From the NCBI GenBank assembly GCA_036172245.1, contig JAYWIR010000041.1:682001-746000 (forward strand): DNA of 64,000 bases, written 5' to 3'. The position numbers and the translations under genes were made by a program. Positions 55,377 to 64,000 of this stretch are shown here, one piece after another; position 1 is the first letter of the stretch; each line of letters opens with the position of its first letter. The DNA comes from Raillietiella orientalis (lineage: Eukaryota). Below the pieces are notes generated by a model. The model saw nothing but the letters and a program-made list of their open reading frames with translations, made no database searches and was not told the origin of the DNA.

Positions 55377-58300
55377 GACCAACTAAGATCCTGGACCGAA
55401 ATCGAAATGATTGCATTCTTATCGACAAAACTCCCTGGGCCCGTTTTCTGTTTTCCTTCGCAGTGGGCCTTTGTGCTTGTGCTGCTGCAGTAAGCAGCAG
55501 AAGCAGAAGTGCACTGATGATGGTTTCGTTCGCATCCGTAGAAGTTTCACCACCAGCGGCATAAAACTGCAGCCTCCGCACATAAACACTCTTCAACCGA
55601 AGTGGGGGCTTCGGAGCGGTTTCCCTTTTCTTATGTTTAGACGTTCGATTTTTTTTCCGCCTCCACTAAGCTGTTTCCTGCTTTCCTTCCTTAGAACGAT
55701 TTCCTTTTTAAGCGTATCCCAGGATTTTTTTTTCCTTTTTTTTCTCCAGATGTGTACTCTGTATTTGTTCGTGCTTGTTTCAAAATGCTTCGCAAAGAGG
55801 AAACAAGGAAATCCATGCACATTACTGCCCTGTGATTTTTCGGGCAAAAGGAGACTGTGAAAGTCGGATGCGTGCGTGCAAATCACAGTGAAGTGTTCTT
55901 GAAATCAAAAAATCCTCAGCACTTACTGGACCATTTTTTGTTCTATAGAAGAAAAAAAAAAAAAAAACGATTTCAATGTACGGCCATTACTTATAGGATT
56001 CGTTCGTAGATCATTGAGAATCTCTGTCCATATTGATGCATCGAAAGTTGCATTTCTGCAATCCCTCTTTGAAACGCAAAGTGGTTGGAAGGGTTTGTCA
56101 TGCTTTAGACGTAGAAGGATTTTCTTTCGTGTGCAAAGAGTCACAAAGATGCTTATTTCACTGTCAGTTGCTAAGTAGTTTCTTTAGAACATAAGCAGCG
56201 CAGATGCTCTTAAAAGTGTGTTGTACGCTTCTTGTTTCCAAGGAAGACCTCATTTTTTTAAAAAAAAAAATCTCAAATTAAAACCGTGTCGAGGAATAGC
56301 AGAAATCTTTCTCCAGTCGACTGCAACGCTCACTTGGAAAACTGCCTTTCCATGATGTTCAGTGAATTTTCTATACTAATGAGTTGTGTCGTTTGTGAGC
56401 TCTTGCATTTGCCTCCCTTTTTGCAGTTGTTTCCGATGAAGGCACACAAGTGTTTCCTGGTTCGGAGGTGTTTTGATCCGCTTTCATTAGCAATCGGTTT
56501 ATCTTCATCTGCACTCTTCATTTCTTCGTAGTGTATATTGTGCAGACGGATGTAACCGCGTTGGTGTGTATCAGCAGTTTTGGAAACGTTTCCGTGTTTC
56601 TGTCAGTTTCCTGTTTCGAAAAAGCAATCCTGCAGTGTCTTTTACTGTGGAAGGGAATCGCGGATTCTTTTGTTTTGCTACGGAGTTTGAAAACGAAGGT
56701 TTCAGAATATCCGAAAGCAGCCCGGCAGGCTACTCTTGCAGCACGTGCTTTTTTCTCCCAGCGCGAAGAGTTGGAAACTCTTCTGCTGCTGAATGGGATC
56801 GTTTTTGTAAAGGCAGCGCGTGCAGAGATGGGAGGAAAATGGAAATGGACCAAGTAAAACGAAAAGGTTTGAAAGGGAAAACACGCGTCTCGAGAAAGCG
56901 TTTGGTTATAGGTGGTGTAAAAAACAGGAGTCCGTCAGCTGACTCCGGAGCACGGAATTCACTGCAGTGCATTCCGTCGTAAAATCGTGTCGGTTTTTTA
57001 GAGACGAAAAAGTGCTTCCGGGATCCTCTCTGGTAGCAGCATCTCGCAGTGTTCTCTCAGATTTGTTTAACCTCGGACGAAAATTGGGCATCTTCAGTAA
57101 CTCGCGAATGATTTCCATTGCGTGTTGGCACAAAGCGGTATCCGTAATATTAATGCTAACGTGAGATCTTTCTTTTGTTTCGAAGAAAGAAAAGAAAAAA
57201 ACTTGAAAATGAATCATATCAAATTCCAAGTTTTCAAAGAACTCGAAAATCTCGCCGAAGTAAATGACCTTTCCAACATCATATTACTATTTACGAGCTT
57301 TTGATTCGTATTCTATCGACTAAATTGTTCTGCTGGTAACTCGGGTTTGATTAACTGCTGGAGGCAACCTTTGTACCAATTTCTGTGTACTCTTCGAGAC
57401 GCGTGCTAGGCTTTGGATCACACTGTGTTGCAATGACTTTCTCCAGCAGTAACGCATTCGTACTTCAAAAAGGCATTTTTCTTAACCAAGAATGTTATCG
57501 CAGTCTTTAGGTACTTTCCATTACGACTTCTTTTGCTGGTGTGTGTGTTCATAGACAGACATCTGGGCCTTTTGTGACCTATTTTTTTTTTCTCAGGTGG
57601 TAGTAAAGAAATGGATGCGTGTCGTTAATTCCGTTCTTAAGTACTTCATACTTAAATCATTGCATAACTCATTCGCTACTGTGTCCACGTCGCATGCCCA
57701 GGACACACTTATAATTTCCTGGATACACTGATTATTAACAGTACTATTCGGATCATTAGATTTTTCTAGACTACTTGGACTTACCGTTTGTAGATTAGGC
57801 TATCTCTTGATTGCAACTAAGGCGTGTCAATAGTGTTGACGCCTGTTGATTGCTGCTTAGATCGTGTTTCTTACATCTTGAAACAAGATGATTCTACGTG
57901 CATGACTTATTGGATATTTGTGGTCGTTTCCACTCGCACTTGACATTCGATCTCTTTATTGCTGAAGAACGGACTCGGCAAATCCGGAGGATTGTATTCG
58001 AGTTCCGGTCTCTTTGAAGCTTGAGGTGTCCTCTACAAAACTGCCTCTATTGTGTTTGCCTCCAGCAGGGGGTCTAGAATTTATTTTGGAAAATCTTTGT
58101 TCCACTTAGGAACGTTATTAGGAACAGATATTTGAACTACGTGAAGCCTTTTTATAACATTGTACATCTATATTCACTTATGTAACTGTATGACCATTTG
58201 CAAAAGGTAAAGATATGCAAAGGACAACTTATCCAAATGGAGTTACCGTTGGTTGCTTTTTTCACGGTTACTTTTGATTCCCTTTTGGCAATATGCTATT

Positions 58301-61300
58301 CATTTCGAAGGTCAATATCTTGTGTGTCTTACTGTGAAAGATTGCAACATAATGTATGATGATCCCATCGCAAATGTCTTTATTAGTAATAATCATTTTC
58401 GTGTGGTTCTTCAACATTGGTTAATGTCCAATTGTTAAGTAAGTAAGTAAGTAAAAAAAAAAAAAAAAAAAAAAAAACCTTGAATTGCAAGAATAGTTAA
58501 ACTGCATGTATTTGAAATTGTTCGTTTTTCAGCGACTTTTTTATCCATTTAAGTTAATCTACATCGTGTATTTACTTTCGTTGCTTTTCAGTTGGACCAG
58601 GTGAAGATGAACCTGATGAAGCAACAATGGTAAGTTTAATGTATCACTTGTGTAAGTGATGAGGAATCTATCAGAGCCGGAGTGTAATAATAAACCGTGC
58701 AAGCAGTGCACCACCCAATCGCAGGCAGCAGTGTGTGGCATCTAAATCAACATCAGTCAATACGTTGCACTCTGCAGGTGAGTGGAAGCTGGAATAAGGG
58801 TGACTGGACTTTTTCTTACTGCCTTTTGGTTGTACTACATTTCTCTAACATACTCTTCATCTAAAGCTTCCAACATGGCTAAACGTTGTCCTTTTGTGCG
58901 CAAGTCTGCTTCAGTAACAGTAGCAGGTAAAATCACTTGAATGCACTGTGCTTGAAACTTCGTGAGTGCTCTGGAATTAACTGCATTAAAAATCATTTAG
59001 GTGCTGTGGATGAAGAAACTTTCATGCAAGCATTCAGAGATGTTCCCAAAATACAAATATTTACCAGCAGAGAACTGGAGGAACATTTGAGTCAAATAAA
59101 GGAGATTATTTCTAATTTGTCAAATGATTGGAGTAAGCGTGTGGATGCTGTAAGTATATAAAAATTAGAAATTCAAACCTGATCATCACCATAAAAATAC
59201 TTAGCTAAAGAAATTAAGGTCCTTGGTGTTAGCTGGGGCTGCTGAATACGAAGAATTATGGCCCCACCTTCGACAGCTAGAATGTGCTTTCCAACAGACT
59301 ATTCGTGACTTGCGCTCACAAGTGGTTCGTGAGGCATGCATTACAATTGCTTTCATGGCCCAAGAACTAGCAGGCCGTATAGAACATTTTGTTGAGATGC
59401 TTTTACCCTATCTTCTGAATTTAATCAGCAATAGCGCTAAAGTCATTGCTACCTCTGGCATAGTGGCTATTCGCTTTATCATTGCTCATGTTCACTCAGC
59501 CAGGTTGTTGCCTATACTTGTGCAACACCTGGATTGCAAGGCTCGTGAAATTCGGCGCAGTTGCTGCGAGTTCCTATGTCACATACTACTCATGTGGCCT
59601 AGGCATGTACTGGAGAGGCATCTGGCTCTTTTACAGGATGCTGTACACCGAGGCATAATAGATGCCGATCTTGAGGCTCGATCTCATGCGCGCAAGTAAG
59701 TTGGTATGCCATTACAGTCAGAATGTATTCTTTGTGAAGAGCCTTCTGGGCATTTGCAGATCATTTCTCAGAACAAGCTGATCAGCTCCTTAACTCTTTA
59801 GATGCAACACACAGAAAAACTGTTTGTGGTGAAGCATCATTATCACAGGATTGCAATACTGCTAAACCACGTCCTACACTCATGTCCAGTTCTCAAGAAA
59901 GCTTAAGTCGTTCCAAAAAACAATTTGTGCCATCAACTAATGGAGTCCTATTTAATCAAACTGCTTTACGTTCTAATAGTGCCATAGATTTGGCAGCTGC
60001 CCAGAGAGCTCGGGCTAGAGCTGAATATGCAGCACAACAACGCAGTGCACTGAGAAGCAACATGAAGCCATTTCTGTGTGAGTACAATTGTATTTTTGAA
60101 ATTCCATAACTGGACTGTTTATTGTAGCAAGATCCCGTACCACTAATTCAGAACGTGCTGCTCTCAACTCCAGCAGCAGTCCAGGCATGTCCCAGTCACA
60201 ACGTGAGTTTTTTTATCATCATTTTATAGTAAAAAATTTCTGAGATAGCAAGCAGCAGATCTGCTTCTCCCTCATCTCGTCTTAGCTATGCCACATATTG
60301 TAGTCCAGCAAGCACACTAGGTGGAAATCGAGCCCGACGTCGTTCTGGAATACCTCTTAGTACAAACAGTTCCCGTGAACCAAGTCCTACACGTAATGGA
60401 TCACTAAAAACTAGTCGGTAATACCTGAAAATTTTGTCTCCAAAAGGTAAAGTCCTTAATAGATCAAAATCAATAACTTCTCCTGGAACAATGGATTGGA
60501 ATTGTGTGAAATCACCCTGTCTACGTGACATTGAAAGGGACATGGGAAGCTTGACATTGGTAAATTACACCGAACATTTATTTAGAAATTTACAAATCTC
60601 TCAGGGATCAGGCAAGCGATCAAGTGGAGCGGGTGAGCATCCTAACAGCAAGGAACTCCATTCCGAGTGGGCATTTGGGCGTCTTCCAGATGTGAGACTT
60701 ATATTTTTCCTTTCTTTTGTACCCCCTATGTGTATTCAGAGAAAGCATCATGATAGAGATTCTTCGTTTATAGATATTCTTCAGGCTTGCCGAAGTTCGA
60801 ACTGGAATCACTGCAAAGATGGATTGGTTGCATTGCAACGTTTATTGCATCATGGCGGGGTTCTGTCAGCAGATGAGCTGAATGCAGTCACTCGCTGTTT
60901 AGAGATCATGTTTGCCAATACACATGCTAGAGCACTTCCGTTGTTGCTTGAAGCTGTGGGTGATTTACTTCGCTGTTATGCTAGACAGTTGCACGATTGG
61001 CTTCCAAATCTCTTGCAGTGCTTATTTCATGCAGCTGATGCTGAACTGTCAGCCCCAATGCTTCATCCCATTCTGCGTACTTTGGACCTTGTGAGGTAAG
61101 GAACTGTGATTTAATGTGTACTAATAATTGTTGCAGAAAACTGTTTCCACCTGGATTGCAGTTGGCAGCTGTCTTTCACTTCCTTTCTACTAGTCCGTTT
61201 GCTAGATCATGTGTATGTGCCTTAAACCACCTACATACCTTGATGCCTCAGCTCACTGCTGCTGACATTCCTCTGGATGCAGATCGGACATTACAATTGA

Positions 61301-62444
61301 TCAACAGCTGGAGTCAAAATGAATCATATCCCCAGCTCCAGCAAGCTGCCATTCAGGCAATAAAGGGACTCAAAGAGCTGGAGCCAGATAATCATTGGAA
61401 GAGTAGTAGTCCTGCTTCCCCACTGTCCCATCTGAGCCACAGCTATTTAGAAGGCAGTCACAACTACCAAGATGTATTTCGTTCACTTAGGAAAGCAACA
61501 GTGGAAATTCAGAATTATCCATTCGGACAAACACATTCTGTACCAAGAGATTTGACGGCCAATCAGCTTTCCTTGGATTTGCCAAGGAACAAACTCGAAT
61601 ACTCTCGACCTGGAACGGTACAAATAAATCTGAAGCAAGCAAATATATATATATTTTTTTCTAGTTATTGGACAAAACAGTGATGTCGGCGACACCAAGA
61701 GACAACTTGTTAAATGGGAAGACTTCTTGCACTGTTTCCCAGGTTCTTAATGATTTGAGTAGTCCAGGCTGCTTGCGAGCAGGACTTACGCAACTTTTAA
61801 AACTGTGTAAAGTCGATAAAGCTGCAATCGAATTGCAACCAGAGTTCCGAAGATTATTGAAGCTTTTGCTAACAGAAGGACTTCATGACAAAGAACCATC
61901 TGTGCGCTCCCTAGTATATGCATGCTTGACTGAAATGCTGTCGCTCAAGCCACTGCTTGATCAGTTCGTGCTTTTTACAGAGCTGCTCATATTGAAAGTT
62001 TTGGAAGGTCACAAAGACAGTGAGAAAGATGTAGCACGTGCAGCTGAAACTTGTGCTACTACTCTTGCTTGTTGTCTTCCACCTGAGGAAGTAGCTCGTG
62101 TCCTTAATCCCATCATTCAGACAGGTGAATTTCCAATCAGTTTAGCTGCCATAAAAATGATGACACATTTGTTTGAGCAACACAGCAAGGAAACAGTGGC
62201 ATCTTTGGTAGCTATGGTCATGCCAAGCTTACTCCAGGTATTTTAAGTAATGACTGGACTTTGATATGTTTTCTAGGCATATAATAATGACGAAAGTTCC
62301 ATGCGGAAGTCTGCTGTGTTCTGCATGGTGGCCCTTTACAACATTTTAGGGGAAGCTCTCCGCCCATATCTGCACGAACTTGGTGGCAGCAAACTAAAAC
62401 TGCTTAATCTGTATATCAAAAGAGCGCAGGAAGGCAGTCGATAA
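48136..62444 (+). CDS. CLASP: CLIP-associating protein (CLASP/Orbit/MAST); exons 48136-48318, 48362-48467, 48515-48689, 48733-48909, 48956-49047, [9.5-kb intron], 58592-58629, 58675-58777, 58867-58926, 59001-59149, 59205-59695, 59740-60077, 60128-60202, 60249-60417, 60463-60559, 60605-60691, 60740-61095, 61137-61617, 61665-62237, 62277-62444
   Basis: TOG1 (SWLHNSNFKV, DRLGDAKEVVRE, LVEVYRHVGERMR), TOG2 (GAVDEETF, DLRSQVVREACITIA, NSAKVIATSG), LRSNSAIDLAAAQRA, SQSQPSSRSASP, an SxIP motif RSGIP, and the C-terminal CLIP-binding domain ESSMRKSAVFCMVAL...KLKLLNLYIKRAQ. Confidence 0.95.
50028..50163 (+). CDS. Candidate alternative first coding exon of CLASP (short, TOG1-less isoform)
   Basis: ATG 50028 opens MASLDPSVWGKEEEWILLFDNLLKRESFNRRSERVMRPCRMPTGK, ending in the phase-1 donor AAG|GTAAAT (alternative CTG|GTAAAG at 50157, also phase 1). 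This is the phase required by the exon at 58592. Confidence 0.5.
55339..55368. repeat. (TC)15 microsatellite
   Basis: Direct reading of the sequence. Confidence 0.95.
58436..58477 (+). repeat. (TAAG)4 followed by an A25 tract
   Basis: Direct reading; resembles a retroelement 3' tail. Confidence 0.8.
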
Positions 62445-62489
62445 AGAAATAACAAAACATGGTCTGAGCATTTACTGAAAAGGTTTTTT

Positions 62490-63318
62490 TTACAGGAGAC
62501 CTCCACCAGTTTTGGTCTCGTTCATATATGCATCCAATTCTGCATCCAGATGGCTTTTGGTCCTTGCCATATATTCATCCAGTTGCGAGTCTAGTTGCTC
62601 TTTGGTCAAATTTTTAGTTTTTTTCCATTGTCTGCCTCCACGGCCTCGGATGCCACCTCTTGCTCTTCGTCTGAATGCCAAACCACTCTTGGTTTTTGTG
62701 AAGGTTCCTTGTCCCCTTCCTCGCCCTCGAGCAAAGTTGCCACCTACTGCAACTGATGTCCAATTGAGGAAGAAATGATACTACCTCTATTATTAATAGC
62801 CTGTGTGCCTCTTCCTCTGCTTCTTATTGCAACTTTGCCTTTATTTGCAAATGCAGCATTTCCTCCTCCTCTTTTTCGAATTTTGTTTCTTCCTACTCGC
62901 GCTCTTTTCAAGAATCCTGCTTTAAATTGTTTTGTCGTAGCTCCTACAGTACTTAAATGCTATCATTCACATATTCTTTCCTAATTACCAGCCCAAGTAA
63001 GACTAGTTAGATTTCTTTGATAACCCTTCCAGGTTCCAATTGGTACTTTTAAGGAGAGCCTGTTTTTTAAGTTGCTTCGAATACCAAGGCGTTGCTGAAG
63101 ACTTCTCTAAAATAAAAATAATTTATTTTCACAATCTCTTGTTGAGATTAAAAAAATTATTATAACTTACTTTTTTCAATTTTAATGCAGCTATTACAGC
63201 AGGGCGGTTTTCCATCTGTTGGGCTAATCTACGATTGCGTGCACTTGCTTGCTGAATGAATGCATTTCGTTGTCTGACTGACTGTGCAAGACCAGTCCCC
63301 ATCTGGATTGCAGTAAAT
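62490..63318 (-). CDS. CHTOP: Chromatin target of PRMT1 (Friend of PRMT1), 5'-incomplete; exons 63318-63171, 63106-62989, 62943 to ~62784, ~62745-62490
   Basis: RFTAIQ...QQASARNRRLAQQMENRPAVIAALKLKK|RSLQQRLG, an RG-rich middle, and the FoP C-terminal duplication TKEQLDSQLDEYMARTKSHLDAELDAYM. The first coding exon was not found in the window. Confidence 0.93.
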
Positions 63319-64000
63319 CTAAAATCCCAAAATATAAATGATACTACTCGAGTTTTTTTTTTCTTTTTTAAAAAAAAGAACTCATTGCATTCATATGCAA
63401 GAAACTCCTCCTTATCAATATATTACTTCACAGTATACAACATATTTAATAAAACCTAGCATACATGGTTACAATGTTTTAATGGATTTGAAACTTGGGG
63501 CATCATGGACTTGTTACTCTGATGTCTAAGTTTTCATTTTAACATCATCATATTCTGATACCCCATACTTCCTACAAACTTGCTAATATTAATTCATGCA
63601 AAAGTTTATAGATTCATCAGTAAAGATGACAACTTTTGTGCCAAGATCACATAAAAGTCCCAAGATGGTCACATGCATACACAACAAACTATGGATTGGG
63701 CAATAAGCTTTGTGTGATCCTTGTGCAAACTGATCAGAGAACTTACTTAACTTTATGCATATTGATAGCTTTTTATGTACACAAAGCAAAAACTTTATAA
63801 ATGAGAACAAATCAATTGCCTATTCCATCTTTTTATCGGAAATGAAGAAACCTGCATTGCAAAAGGAATTCATATTACATTAATATTCTTTAGCACTTCA
63901 ATGCAAAACATACTGCATAAAATGGTTAATCCAAAATGAAAGATGCTCACAATGAATTCATACATACGGACAAAGAACCATTTTTTGTTATCAGATTTGG

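Noticed and set aside
52900..57300. Dense overlapping 60-150 aa ORFs on both strands
   Set aside because: Low-complexity translations (F/L/K runs from homopolymers) with no recognisable domains; expected in GC-richer intronic DNA.

Overview
AT-rich eukaryotic genomic DNA from an invertebrate, most plausibly an arthropod, with many very short (about 40-50 nt) GT-AG introns. Recognisable spliced genes are RSU1 (+), a mitochondrial-type SHMT (+), SmD3 (-), Rab11 (-), FAM136A (-), NIFK (-), CLASP (+) and the 3' part of CHTOP (-). There is also an intronless 350-aa orphan ORF and a possible unidentified gene head-to-head with RSU1. The standout feature is a ~1.3-kb bacterial island (about 30320-31645), ~0.9 kb upstream of FAM136A, that looks Wolbachia-derived. 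It comprises an uninterrupted internal ftsA fragment, the 5' end of an IS256-family element with its Shine-Dalgarno, and a near-complete but decayed IS5/IS1031-group element with both terminal inverted repeats. This fits a chimeric nuclear Wolbachia transfer. The 9.5-kb CLASP intron contains a candidate alternative first exon for a TOG1-less isoform. Several heavily decayed TE remnants lie in intergenic and intronic space. Family assignments come from recognition of motifs by eye; no searches were run.
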